Assembly (NCBI GenBank): GCA_963822945.1
Contig: CAWGJO010000039.1
Span: 1 to 64,000, forward strand
Source: an uncultured Gemmatimonadaceae bacterium
GTDB taxonomy: Bacteria > Gemmatimonadota > Gemmatimonadetes > Gemmatimonadales > Gemmatimonadaceae
DNA length: 64,000 bases
Direction: 5' to 3'
Below, piece after piece: positions 1-14,390 of this stretch. The position numbers and the translations under genes are program-made. Below the pieces are notes generated by a model. The model made no database searches. It saw only the letters and a list, made by a program, of their open reading frames with translations, and was not told the DNA's origin. Position 1 is the stretch's first letter. Each line of letters opens with the position of its first letter.

Positions 1-397
1 CTGCTGCGGCGCCCATGCCGACCGCGTCGCCGGCCAGCGCCACCAGCACGGCCATCGTCACGAACGCGGCCAGCGCCTCCACCAACCGCGCGCCCTGCAG
101 CGGTGGAAATCCCATGGCCACCGGCAGTGCGATGGCCGTCGGGAAGCCGGGGGCATAGTGGGTCAATGGGCTCGTGCTGTCGCCGGAGTTCCAGGCCGCG
201 GTGGGCACCCGGAAGCCGTGCCCCTGGACCAGCGATTCCGCCGCCCCCAGATACGCGGCCGACACGCGCTGCACGCCCGGACCCGGGGGAGCCGTCACCC
301 ACAACACGCCTGCAAAAGCAACGCTCGCCATGACCAGCGACAACATGCGCACGGTGAACAGCGAGCTGCGCCACACGCGGGTGGCCTCGGGATGCAT
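1..397 (-). CDS. Membrane protein, probably a GT-C fold (ArnT/PMT-like) glycosyltransferase; 3' end lies beyond the left edge
   Basis: Not in the ORF track. Manual translation from ATG 397: MHPEATRVWRSSLFTVRMLSLVMASVAFAGVLWVTAPPGPGVQRVSAAYLGAAESLVQGHGF...PLTHYAPGFPTAIALP. TM helix then a Y..AA.SL..G.G ... YxPGFP pattern; frame open to the edge. Confidence 0.55.
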   Translation of the reverse strand, partial: MHPEATRVWRSSLFTVRMLSLVMASVAFAGVLWVTAPPGPGVQRVSAAYLGAAESLVQGHGFRVPTAAWNSGDSTSPLTHYAPGFPTAIALPVAMGFPPLQGARLVEALAAFVTMAVLVALAGDAVGMGAAA

Positions 398-466
398 GCC
401 GAAGAAGAATTTCACAGGCACGAAGATACGCTGACGCGGGAGATTCGCCGAATGTTTTGCTTGCTT

Positions 467-493
467 TTTCGGTATTTGTTCGGTATTCGTTTC
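467..493 (+). promoter_or_regulatory. 11-bp-period direct repeat (TTCGGTATT x2), candidate repressor or LexA-type operator
   Basis: TTTC-ggtattt-GTTC-ggtattc-GTTT in an AT-rich patch about 20-45 bp upstream of the radical SAM ATG at 511. Confidence 0.4.
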
Positions 494-510
494 AGCACCG
501 ATCTCCGCGC

Positions 511-1614
511 ATGGCACTTCAACTCACTCTGTTCCCCGACGCGCTCACCCGCGAACGCGTGCTGCCCGTCATCGGTGAGCAGCGCGACATCCGCTATTTC
601 GCCACCCGCGCGCGCGGAGTGCTCAACGATCCGAAGACCACCGGGTTCGACGGCTTCTGGTCCATCAACCCGTACGTGGGGTGCGCGTTCGGGTGTGCGT
701 ACTGCTACGCGCGCTACGCACACCGCTACGCGCTCGAGCGCGCGCTTGCCGCCGATCCACGACACGCCGAGCTGCAGCAGATCACGCGCGACCTTCCGCC
801 CTGGCTGGCCTTCGAGCGTGCGATCGTCGTCAAGCGCAACGCGCCCGACGTGCTGGCGCGCACGCTCCGCAACGGCCCCGACCGCTACCGCGACCTCGCC
901 CGCGGACATCAGATCGTGATCGGCACGGCCACGGACCCGTACCAGCCGGCCGAGCGGCGCTTCCGTGTCACGCGCGGCATCCTGGAAGTGCTGGCCCAGC
1001 ACCTGGACCTGCAGGTCGTGATCATCACCAAGAGTCCGCTCGTCACGCGCGACGTCGACCTCCTCGCCCGCCTCGCCCGGCACTCGAGCGTGCAGGTGCA
1101 CGTCTCGCTGATCACCGTCGATCGCGAGTTGGCGCGGCGGATCGAACCGCGGGCGCCCACGCCCGAGGCGCGGCTGCGCGCGGTGAGCCGGCTGCACGCC
1201 GCCGGCGTGCACGTGCGGGTGAATGCCATGCCGGTCCTCCCCGGCATCACCGACGCCCCGCACCAGCTCGACGCCCTGGTCCGTCGCGTGGCCGGGGCCG
1301 GCGCCGATGCGCTCGTGGCAGGCTCGCTGTCGCTGCGCTCGACCGCGCGCCAGCGCTACCTCCCCTTCATCGAGCAGGAGTTTCCCGCGCTCGCATCGCG
1401 ATACCGCGCCACGTTCGCCCGCGCGCACACACCGGGGCGGCGCTATCGGGATGGTCTGCAGCAGCGCGTTCGCTATCTCTGCGCACGGTACGGCCTGCCC
1501 TACGGCGACTGGGGGGAAGACCGGCGCGAACCGGCCGCGGCCGCCGCACCCGCCGGCGCCCGCGTTACGCTGCCCGGCTACGCGCCGTCGCGCGCCGCGC
1601 GTCGCTCCCAGTAG
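511..1614 (+). CDS. Radical SAM protein, SplB-like / Rv2578c-PA0069 DNA-repair-associated family
   Basis: SINPYVGCAFGCAYCYA (CxxxCxxC), GTATDPYQPAE, IITKS, IEPRAPTP..RL motifs. Confidence 0.9.
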   Translation: MALQLTLFPDALTRERVLPVIGEQRDIRYFATRARGVLNDPKTTGFDGFWSINPYVGCAFGCAYCYARYAHRYALERALAADPRHAELQQITRDLPPWLAFERAIVVKRNAPDVLARTLRNGPDRYRDLARGHQIVIGTATDPYQPAERRFRVTRGILEVLAQHLDLQVVIITKSPLVTRDVDLLARLARHSSVQVHVSLITVDRELARRIEPRAPTPEARLRAVSRLHAAGVHVRVNAMPVLPGITDAPHQLDALVRRVAGAGADALVAGSLSLRSTARQRYLPFIEQEFPALASRYRATFARAHTPGRRYRDGLQQRVRYLCARYGLPYGDWGEDRREPAAAAAPAGARVTLPGYAPSRAARRSQ

Positions 1615-2000
1615 CCGTCGTCGGAGATCAGCACTTCGAGCAGGCGATCGTCGTCGCGGCCGTCGTGCGCGTAATCGACCACGTGGATGGCCGAAGTCCT
1701 CACGACCGTGCCGTCCGGCTCTTCGAGCGTGAGGCCCAGGGCGTCGCGCGAACTGTGGTAGCGTTCCAGCTTCGCCTCGTCGCGCACGTCACCGCCCGCC
1801 GTGGGCACCGCCTCGGTGTACAGCCGGAACACGGGTTCCACCAGCTCGTAGCCGATGCCGGGACGGAACACGCCGCGCGCCCGCCGCTCACCCGGCCAGG
1901 CCTCCTCGAGATCGGAATAGCCGATCACGACGCCGGCCAGCCGCACCACATGGCGCGTGGCCGTGGAAGGCGTCGCCGCCGGGGGACGGCCCGGCCTCAC
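1578..2000 (-). CDS. Hypothetical protein
   Basis: 140-aa ORF with globular composition; its GTG start overlaps the TonB stop, suggesting coupling. Confidence 0.65.
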   Translation of the reverse strand: MRPGRPPAATPSTATRHVVRLAGVVIGYSDLEEAWPGERRARGVFRPGIGYELVEPVFRLYTEAVPTAGGDVRDEAKLERYHSSRDALGLTLEEPDGTVVRTSAIHVVDYAHDGRDDDRLLEVLISDDGYWERRAARDGA

Positions 2001-2703
2001 CCGGTGCCCGACCGCTTGGCGGCGGTCGTGTCCACCGTGGGACGGCGGATCTTGAACGTGAACTGCTGCTCCACCAACTGGCGCACTTTCTGATTGCCCA
2101 CCTTGGCCGGACGGAATCGCATGTAGGGCAGCGCTTCGCGCACCGCCTGTGTGAACTCGGGGTGCGTGGACCGCACGATCACCAGCGACGCGGTGTCGGC
2201 ATACCCCGTCGTGTCCACAATGTACTCCGTGTACACGGCACCTTCGATGTTCTGGTTCAGCAGATCCGGCGGATAGGCCGGCGAGGCGCTGTCCAGATAG
2301 CGTGTGGCCACGGAGTCCACCTGCAGCACGGAGAGCACCGAGTCACCGCCCACCAGCCCGGTCTTCACCGGCACCGAGAGCGGCCGGTCGCCCTCGCCCT
2401 GCTTCGGCACCACGGCCGCCGGATGCGGATTGCGATTCAACGGCGTGGGATCCAAGCCCATCTGCCCCGTGGGAGGCAACGCGACGAACTGCAGGGTCTC
2501 CGACGGGCCGGAGCGGTCGGGCACGCGATCGGGGGCGGCAGGAATTGCACGCGCTGCTCGATGGCGTCCTTGAGGCGCTGCGGCGCATTGGCCGTCGCCG
2601 CGACTGCCGCCGCGATGACGACCACGTGAGCCACCGTACTGAGCACCGCGCTCGACCCGATCGCCGGCGGAGCGGCGTACGAGGTCTTCCACAAGCGCAT
2701 CAT
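1997..2703 (-). CDS. tonB: Energy transducer TonB family protein, with a frameshift near 2531-2535
   Basis: N-terminal anchor (SAVLSTVAHVVVIAAA) is in ORF 2437..2730. TonB_C domain (PAYPPDL...IEGAVYTEYIVDTTG...FRPAKVGNQKVRQLVEQQFTF) is in ORF 1997..2692. The two frames join at a G/C homopolymer. Confidence 0.8.
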
Positions 2704-2842
2704 AGGCCCTCCCGCGCCTCTCTTACGCAAAACTCCACGTCATTCCTACTCTATCGCCCCCTAACGAACAGCGGCAAGTACGGGTTTCGTGAACCTTTGG
2801 CGTACCGGACGGCTCCCTGTGCAGACTCCGGCTATCTCATTG

Positions 2843-3373
2843 TCACGCGGACAGATACCGCTCCCGCAGAATGCGGGCGTGGTGCCGTTCGTGTCCCGCG
2901 GCAATGAATGCCAACGCTCGAGCCGTAACGGGCATCGAATTCGCCTGGCCGGTCCGCCGCGACTCCTCGTCGGTCATCCCGCGGAACAACGAAACCGTCG
3001 CCGCGCGCACGGTCTGGAACTCGGCCAGCAGCGTGGTCAGGTCCCGCCGTCCGAACTGCGCGATCGCCACGTAGGTGTCCTGGTCGAATCCGGCCAGCGG
3101 CGTCGCGTCGCCTCGCGAGATCCGGAGGGCGCGGTAGGTGAAGATCCGTTCGGTGTCGGTGACGTGGCCCACCACCTCCTTCACGCTCCACTTGTCCGGC
3201 GCATAGCGGTATTCCGCCCGCGTGCCGTCCACCGCGCCCAGCAGCTGGGTGAGGTCCCGCGCCTGCGCTTCGAGCACGTCGGTGATGTCGCCGTCCGGCA
3301 CCCCCGCGACGTAGTTGGCATAGAACGGCGCGAATTCGTCCGCGCCCGGACGCTCGATCCTGCTCATCGGCAT
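2843..3373 (-). CDS. DinB/YfiT family protein
   Basis: YAPDKWSVKEVVGHVTDTE and AGHERHH metal-binding His pattern. Confidence 0.9.
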   Translation of the reverse strand: MPMSRIERPGADEFAPFYANYVAGVPDGDITDVLEAQARDLTQLLGAVDGTRAEYRYAPDKWSVKEVVGHVTDTERIFTYRALRISRGDATPLAGFDQDTYVAIAQFGRRDLTTLLAEFQTVRAATVSLFRGMTDEESRRTGQANSMPVTARALAFIAAGHERHHARILRERYLSA

Positions 3374-3406
3374 TCCCCCGATAATGGTTGTCGTACGACC
3401 GGCGAG

Positions 3407-4978
3407 TCAGCGCCGGCCGACCGCTGCCTGGTCGGCGTCTGCGGCGCGCACGACGATCGCCGGCGCGCTCGCATTGCCCACCCGATCCACCGCAATCACG
3501 CTGACGGCGTCGGCGTTCCCGAGCGTCCCGTCCAGCGTGTGTGTGCGGGCACTCCCGGGCACGATGGCCGTGTGCCACGTGCCGTCCACGCGCGCCTGCA
3601 CCACCCACTGGTGCGGGGCGGTCGCGCCCGCGGGCTTCAGACCCAACACGATGGCCGCGCCGTCGTCGGCCGACGACAGGGTAACGGACGGCCGCGCCGG
3701 TTTCGTCTTGCCGAGCCACGGGAAAGCGGGCACCAGCGCCGGCGACGCATACGGCCCAGCCAGCAGCCGCTCGTCCAGGCTGTCCGGGTCGCTCATCAGC
3801 GCGCCCATACTGAAGAAGATGTCGCCCGTGGCCCCCGGTTCCTCTCGCGTGAGCCGGATCTGGTCGAGAATCTCGTCCGCCGGCCATGGGGGCGCGCTGC
3901 CCTGCGTGCCCGCCACCCGGGCCGCGTAGTTGCCCACCCACAGATTGCGGATCTGGTCGTTCTGCTGCACCCACCACGAGAGCAGATCGGCGTAGCTCTG
4001 GCCGGCCTGCCCGATGGGCCAGTACAGCTGCGGTGCCAGATAGTCCACCCATCCCTTCGCGAGCCATTTGCGTGAGTCCGCGTACAGCTTGGCGTACGCA
4101 TCGAACCCCTGCACGCTGGGCGGGTTGCCCGGGCGCCAGATCCCGAACGGACTGATGCCCACCTTCACCCACGGTTTCACCCGCTTCACGGCCCGGTAGA
4201 GCTGCTCCACGAACAGATCCACGTTGTGCCGCCGCCAGTCGTCGTGCGACAGCGTGCCGCCGCGCTTGCGGTAGGCGCGATACGTCGCCTCGTCGGGAAA
4301 GGGTACGTCGCGCCCGCCTCGTGTAACCGGGTACGGATAGAAGGTGTCGTCGATGTGCACGCCGTCCACGTCGTACCGCTTCACCACGTCCAGAATCACG
4401 CGGATGGCGGTGGCCCGGGCCTGCGCGCTCCCCGGATCGATCCATTCGTAGTGGCCGTAGCGGTGCACGAGCCCCGGCGAGCGGCGGCTCACGTGGCTCC
4501 GCGCCGCCGGTCCGTCGTCGCCGGGATAGCGCGCGCGGAACGGATTGAACCAGGCGTGCAATTCGAGTCCGCGGGCATGCGCCTCACGGACGGCGAACGC
4601 CAGCGGGTCCCACAGGGGGGCGGGCGCGCGCCCCATGCGTCCCGTCAGGAAGGCGGACCACGGCTCGAGCTTCGACTCGTACAGCGCATCGGCCGACGGG
4701 CGTACCTGGAAGATGATCGCATTCAGATGCAGCGAGGCCGCGCGGTCCAGGATTGCCGTCAACTCGGCCTTCTGTCGCGCCGTGGAGAGCCCCGGCTCCG
4801 AAGGCCAGTCGATGTTGTCCACCGTGGCCACCCAGGCGCCGCGAAACTCGCGCGGCACGGGGGGCGGCACCACCGCGCCACCGGTCACCCAGACGGACGC
4901 CGCCGGCGCCGCCTGTTGAGCCGCGAGCGGGCTCACCGCCGCGCCGATCGCTACGGCCAGCGCACAAATCCTTCGCAT
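3407..4978 (-). CDS. Secreted GHL10 (family 10 glycosyl hydrolase-like, YddW/DigH-type) protein
   Basis: Signal peptide; EFRGAWVATVDNIDWPS, FQVRP..DALY.S, LELHAWFNP, YDVDGVHIDD.FYPY, DYLAPQLYW. Confidence 0.9.
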   Translation of the reverse strand: MRRICALAVAIGAAVSPLAAQQAAPAASVWVTGGAVVPPPVPREFRGAWVATVDNIDWPSEPGLSTARQKAELTAILDRAASLHLNAIIFQVRPSADALYESKLEPWSAFLTGRMGRAPAPLWDPLAFAVREAHARGLELHAWFNPFRARYPGDDGPAARSHVSRRSPGLVHRYGHYEWIDPGSAQARATAIRVILDVVKRYDVDGVHIDDTFYPYPVTRGGRDVPFPDEATYRAYRKRGGTLSHDDWRRHNVDLFVEQLYRAVKRVKPWVKVGISPFGIWRPGNPPSVQGFDAYAKLYADSRKWLAKGWVDYLAPQLYWPIGQAGQSYADLLSWWVQQNDQIRNLWVGNYAARVAGTQGSAPPWPADEILDQIRLTREEPGATGDIFFSMGALMSDPDSLDERLLAGPYASPALVPAFPWLGKTKPARPSVTLSSADDGAAIVLGLKPAGATAPHQWVVQARVDGTWHTAIVPGSARTHTLDGTLGNADAVSVIAVDRVGNASAPAIVVRAADADQAAVGRR

Positions 4979-5059
4979 GGCTTCAACCTAACGCAAAGCC
5001 GATGGTTGTCAGAACGGCCGGACGGCCACAGTTTCTCCGCGGCTTTCCCCGAGGAATCA

Positions 5060-6748
<1,689 letters not shown>

Positions 6749-6821
6749 CCGCCGCCGGGTCTAGGTTCGTGCGGCCGGTCGCAGTATTGTACAAGAACTC
6801 CGCGAAAACGTGACCACGGAC

Positions 6822-7226
6822 ATGGCCAAACAACGCCCCCGTTCAGCAAAAAAGCGAAGCACCAAGCGCGGCCGGGCCCCGAAGACCAGCGCGTCCGCGT
6901 ACTACGTGCAGCCCGGAAAGCGCGGCGCGGTGATCGTGCTCCGCAAGCCGTGCGGCAATCGCGTGACCCCCAAGGTGTGCGGCGTGATGCCGAGCCGCGG
7001 GCACGCCAAGGCGCTGGTGGAGCAGTTGGAGCGTGCCGAGACGGCGGTCAACGACCTCTTCTACGAGGCCACCGACGACGGCATCGAGGCGCTCGAGGCC
7101 GTGCTCGCGGCGTGCCGCGACGCGGTGCTCAAGAAGATGCCGGTCTCGGCCGCGCGGGCCCAGGAGTTGGAGGAGTTCGGCGACGCCCCCGACGGCTCCG
7201 ACGCGTCGAACGACCCCGCCGCCTAA
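6822..7226 (+). CDS. Hypothetical protein with basic N-terminus and acidic C-terminus
   Basis: ORF with typical codon pattern filling the gap; MAKQRPRSAKKRSTKRGR start. Confidence 0.7.
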   Translation: MAKQRPRSAKKRSTKRGRAPKTSASAYYVQPGKRGAVIVLRKPCGNRVTPKVCGVMPSRGHAKALVEQLERAETAVNDLFYEATDDGIEALEAVLAACRDAVLKKMPVSAARAQELEEFGDAPDGSDASNDPAA

Positions 7227-7229
7227 CGC

Positions 7230-8288
7230 CTAACGCCTGCCGCCGTCCGCCGGCGGCGGGGCGAACCCGGTGAAGTGCCCCGTGTTGTGCCAGGTCGCGG
7301 TCTCCGACATCGATCCATCGTCGGCGTCCTCCACCAGCTCGATCTCGCTCAGCCGGCTGATGTCGATGCTCTCCGAGCCGTCGGCCGCGCGCGGCTTGTA
7401 AATGTTCACGAACCGCGCCCCGAATACGACCTCGTCGGCCTTGTACGACGTCCGGGCATGCACGGTCTGCGCGAACGTCTCGTCCACACCGCTGAGCAGG
7501 ATCAGGAATTCGGCCTCGCACGCCCGGAGATCGTCTTGCGAGCGGCCGAACACCGGACTCGACTCGTCGATCGGGTGCACCACCGTCCACGAGAGCGGGA
7601 AGAACACCACGTGCGTTCGCTCCAGCTTGAGCTGGTCGTAGGTGCGCGTGCGCTTGCCGTTGCGCGTCTCGATGCGGCTGAACAGCACGGTCATGTTCAG
7701 CTCGATGAGCTGGCTCGACCGGCCGTTCACCAGACGGAACATGAACCCCGTGCGGCCGCGGTAGGGGGCCACCACGGCGCGGTCGCCGAAGATGATGCGC
7801 GCCGTGGGGCGGGCGAATCGGGCGAAGAGCACGCCGGTGCCGAGCGCGAAACCCAACAGGCCGACGATCGTCTCGAACGTCACCAGCAGGTTGGCGCCCA
7901 GCCCCACCGGCACCACGTTGCCGTACCCGATGGTGGCGAAGGTGTGGACGCTGAAGAAGAACGCGCGCAGAAAGGGGCCGCCCATGGACGCCGCCGGCGC
8001 GCCCCCGAGCGCCCGCGGGCCGCACGCCAGGTACGCGGCCCCGAACAACAGATTCACGGCCAGGTACCCGGACACCAACAATCCGATGAACCGCGGCCAG
8101 GTGAGTGAGAGCAGCGCGTGATACAGGCTCAGCGAGGCGAACCGGGGAAGCCCCGCGCGCCGGACGTTGAACGAGCCATCGCGGTTGAGCAGCCGCGGCG
8201 CGTCCGCCTGACCCACCACCGAGCCGAAGCCGAGGTCCCTGGGCTCCTCCACCGGGCCGAGCGGCGGCGGCGGTTGCACGGTGGTCAC
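7230..8288 (-). CDS. Inward-rectifier potassium channel (KirBac-like)
   Basis: AFFFSVHTFATIGYG selectivity filter, two TM helices, cytoplasmic WTVVHPIDESSP motif. Confidence 0.92.
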   Translation of the reverse strand: MTTVQPPPPLGPVEEPRDLGFGSVVGQADAPRLLNRDGSFNVRRAGLPRFASLSLYHALLSLTWPRFIGLLVSGYLAVNLLFGAAYLACGPRALGGAPAASMGGPFLRAFFFSVHTFATIGYGNVVPVGLGANLLVTFETIVGLLGFALGTGVLFARFARPTARIIFGDRAVVAPYRGRTGFMFRLVNGRSSQLIELNMTVLFSRIETRNGKRTRTYDQLKLERTHVVFFPLSWTVVHPIDESSPVFGRSQDDLRACEAEFLILLSGVDETFAQTVHARTSYKADEVVFGARFVNIYKPRAADGSESIDISRLSEIELVEDADDGSMSETATWHNTGHFTGFAPPPADGGRR

Positions 8289-8310
8289 GACGCCACTCCG
8301 CGGCGACGCG

Positions 8311-11301
<2,991 letters not shown>

Positions 11302-11427
11302 GATCTCTCCCGGTGGAGACAGGGGGTGCGGACCGCGCGAATGTAGCACCGTGCGCCACCGCTTTCCACGCACCAGGGATCGAACGGAGGATGCGTCAGC
11401 TCCCTCCCGACGCGCCGACGGCGCAGC

Positions 11428-13806
11428 CTACATGCGGAACAGGTAGGTCAACTTCAGAAAGAACGCGTCGTTCACGCGGTAGCGCGTCTCGGTGAGCTGA
11501 TCGACGCGCAGCGCATCGGGAACCGACGAACTGCCGTACCCGGCGTAGAACACGGTGCCCGGCGTCGGCTGGTACGCCAGCAGCCAGTCGATGCGGAAGT
11601 TGTTCGCCCGGTACGGCCCGATCGGCGCGTACTGCCCGTTCCCGAGGCCGCGCAGGAGCGTGCCCCCGGTGCGCCCTTCGTCCACCAGCGCCAGCACGTT
11701 CGAGGTGGTGTACTGGCCCACCACGCGGAAGAAGAGCGGCCGCGCGACCTGGTACTCGGCCTTCACCCGGGTGATGCGCCCCGACCGCACCCAACTGTGG
11801 TCCGACGCGCGCCCGTAGGCCTGGAAGGTGTACGACGGGCTGATGCGCAGCTTGTCGGTGGGCCGGATGAGCGCGCTCGCCTGCGTGAGATAGATGCGCG
11901 ACGACGCCCATTCGTCGAAGTCCTCGTCCTGTCCCCACACGTACAGCAGGTTTCCGCTGAACCACTTCCAGGCCGGGGTGTTCACCGTGATCACCCAGTC
12001 GCGGTTGGGCAGCCGCGGCGTGCCGGTGAACGGCACCGTGTCGCCGCCGAAGGCCGGAGGACGCGCCACGTACACGTTCTGGTAGAGCTGCGGATCGTAG
12101 CCGAAGGTCTCGAGCAGCAGCGCGCCCCCCAACGACCACCCGCCGCGCAGTCCGACGTTGGCGTTGAAGTGCAGCTTCTTCTCGATCGCATCCCGGCTGT
12201 GCAGAAGGTACGAGTACTTCCAGGTGAGGTCGTACACCGGGTTGAAGCTGAAGCTCTCCAGCAGATGCCCACGTTCGGCGAACCAGGTGAACCGCTGGTC
12301 CACGTTCATGTGGGCCAATCCCGGGCGACTGATGAAGCCGGCGCCGGCCACGAACGCGGTGTCGTACCCCGAAAACAGATAGGACGCGCTGTAGCGCTTG
12401 CCCGTGCGACGCAACCGCGCGGACCACAGCGGCGCCACGTGCGCGCCCGAGGAATCGGCCGTGCGGCTGGCGGCGCCCTGGTACTCCAGCGAATACAGCG
12501 ATCCGAGCACCACGCGACCGTCCACGTCGGCTACGCGGTTCGAATAGCCGGCGTCCTCCTTGTCGGTGTACGTCACTCCCACGCGCGAGAGCTGGCCGAG
12601 GTCGCGCTGCACCCGAAGGATGTTGTACACCGGTCCGTGCCCCCCCTGCCCGGTGAGGGGATCGTAGCCCACCGACGTCGTGCGGTCGTCGACCGCCGAC
12701 AGGAAGGCCACGCTCGTGCCCGACACCTTGCCGGTGAGCTTGGTGGCGAACGCCGGCTGCTGGATGCGGCGCGTGTAGACGAGATTGCTCGGCGTGGTGA
12801 ACGCTTCCATGCCGTCCAGGAAGAACGGGCGCTTCTCGGGGAAGTAGAGCGCCTGCCGCGGATCGTAGACCACCTGACCGGCGTCGGACTCCACCTGCGA
12901 GAAGTCGGGGCGGACCGTGGCGTTGAGCGTCAGGTTGTTCGTGATGCCCCAGCGCACGTTGCCGCCGACCTTCGGCGCCCGCGCGTCGTACCCCCACCGC
13001 CCCGGCGGCACGCCCGGCGCGCCCAGCGTCTGCTGCGTGAGCTCGGGGTTCACGTCCACCACGAGCCCGCGCCGCAGATCGTGCAGCCCGTCCAGCGTGC
13101 CTTCCTGCGACAGGAACCCGGCCTGGGCCAGCCGCACCGGCGTCCACGTGTCTTCGTAGCCGGAATGCCGCACGTCGCGGATCACGTTGATCCCCCAGCT
13201 CTGCACCGCTTCCGACTGGTAGCGGAGCGACTTGAACGGAATGCGGATCTCGACCACGTACCCCCACGACGTCACACGGCCCTTGGACTCGAACACGAAA
13301 TCCTGGCTGAGGTCGGCCTGCGGGCGGGCCGTCACGCCGGTGCCGAACCCGCCGCCCGACGAGGTGAGCTCGGCCATCGTCCCGTCCATCTGCACGCCCA
13401 GCGGGTTCACGCCGAACACCAGTGCCTGCCGGGCATCGTCGAACGTGCTGAGCACGATCTGCACGTTGTCGTCGGCGCTGATGTGGTCGCGGTCGGCCAG
13501 CGTGGCGTGCGCCGTCCCGTGTGACTCGAACGCCCGCACCCCGAAGTAGATCGCCGTGGGCGAGTACCAGACCAGCACCTGCGTCGAATCGTCGGCCGGC
13601 ACGCCGTCCACCGGCGTGAGCTGGGAGAAGCCCGTCAGCCGCGCCGCCTGGCGCCACGCCGGCTCGTCGAGCACGCCGTCCACCTTCGCGTCGGCCTCGA
13701 TGCGTGGCGGGCGGGCGTGAATCTCTCCCTTCCGCGCGTTGTAGATCGCTGTGGTGTCGGCGGAGCCGAGTGCAGCCAGGAGCGGAAGCGCCAGCGTGAG
13801 CAGCAT
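11428..13806 (-). CDS. CBM9-like plus DUF5916 outer-membrane protein
   Basis: DGVLDEPAW, FGVNPLGVQ.D, EIRIPFKSLRY, PDFSQVESD, EKRPFF motifs; C-terminal beta-signal-like FFLKLTYLF. Confidence 0.85.
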   Translation of the reverse strand: MLLTLALPLLAALGSADTTAIYNARKGEIHARPPRIEADAKVDGVLDEPAWRQAARLTGFSQLTPVDGVPADDSTQVLVWYSPTAIYFGVRAFESHGTAHATLADRDHISADDNVQIVLSTFDDARQALVFGVNPLGVQMDGTMAELTSSGGGFGTGVTARPQADLSQDFVFESKGRVTSWGYVVEIRIPFKSLRYQSEAVQSWGINVIRDVRHSGYEDTWTPVRLAQAGFLSQEGTLDGLHDLRRGLVVDVNPELTQQTLGAPGVPPGRWGYDARAPKVGGNVRWGITNNLTLNATVRPDFSQVESDAGQVVYDPRQALYFPEKRPFFLDGMEAFTTPSNLVYTRRIQQPAFATKLTGKVSGTSVAFLSAVDDRTTSVGYDPLTGQGGHGPVYNILRVQRDLGQLSRVGVTYTDKEDAGYSNRVADVDGRVVLGSLYSLEYQGAASRTADSSGAHVAPLWSARLRRTGKRYSASYLFSGYDTAFVAGAGFISRPGLAHMNVDQRFTWFAERGHLLESFSFNPVYDLTWKYSYLLHSRDAIEKKLHFNANVGLRGGWSLGGALLLETFGYDPQLYQNVYVARPPAFGGDTVPFTGTPRLPNRDWVITVNTPAWKWFSGNLLYVWGQDEDFDEWASSRIYLTQASALIRPTDKLRISPSYTFQAYGRASDHSWVRSGRITRVKAEYQVARPLFFRVVGQYTTSNVLALVDEGRTGGTLLRGLGNGQYAPIGPYRANNFRIDWLLAYQPTPGTVFYAGYGSSSVPDALRVDQLTETRYRVNDAFFLKLTYLFRM

Positions 13807-13949
13807 GATCGGGGCGGGGGGACGTGGTTCGTGTCGCCTGCGGGGTCGCGGAGGATGCCCAAACGCCGACCGTGAGGCAAGGGGCGCGACGTCAGCTTTC
13901 TGTTAGTCCATCGGCTTCCTATGTTCAGGCGACTCGTCCGGAGACGCTC

Positions 13950-14357
13950 GTGGTTCGATCCGTGGTCGGCATCGCATTCGGAGTGCTCGTCGTCGCGCTG
14001 CTCGGCACGATGGCGAGCGCCGTCGTGTTCCACGGGCCCACGGCCGGGCCGATGCCGGCGCCGCTGGAGGTGATGATCCTGCTCATGCACGCGCTGGCGG
14101 CGCTCGCCGGGGGCTATCTCGGCGCCGCGATCGCGCGCCGCCGGCCCGCCACGCACGGTCTCGCCGTGGGCGTGCTCTACCTGCTGGCCGTCCAGTTCGC
14201 CCCGAGCCTCCCGGTGCGGCTGATCCCCGCGCCGGCGGCGCGCCCGCTCTGGCTCACGGCCGCCGGCATCCTCGTGGGGCTGGCCGGTGCCGTGCTCGGC
14301 GGCCTGGCCCGCGGCCAGGCGGAACGGGGGATGCAGAACGGGCGGCACGCATCCTGA
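13950..14357 (+). CDS. Small four-TM membrane protein
   Basis: GGAG RBS before GTG 13950; four hydrophobic segments; start uncertain. Confidence 0.7.
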   Translation: MVRSVVGIAFGVLVVALLGTMASAVVFHGPTAGPMPAPLEVMILLMHALAALAGGYLGAAIARRRPATHGLAVGVLYLLAVQFAPSLPVRLIPAPAARPLWLTAAGILVGLAGAVLGGLARGQAERGMQNGRHAS

Positions 14358-14390
14358 CGTGCCGCCCGCCGGCCACCACCGCGTGCCCGC

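Noticed and set aside
4226..5059. Long N-terminal extensions and many long overlapping Arg/Pro/Ala-rich ORFs (also 17290..20478, 8504..11359, 40993..43884, 22486..25044)
   Set aside because: Typical stop-poor shadow frames of high-GC coding DNA, with no recognisable motifs.
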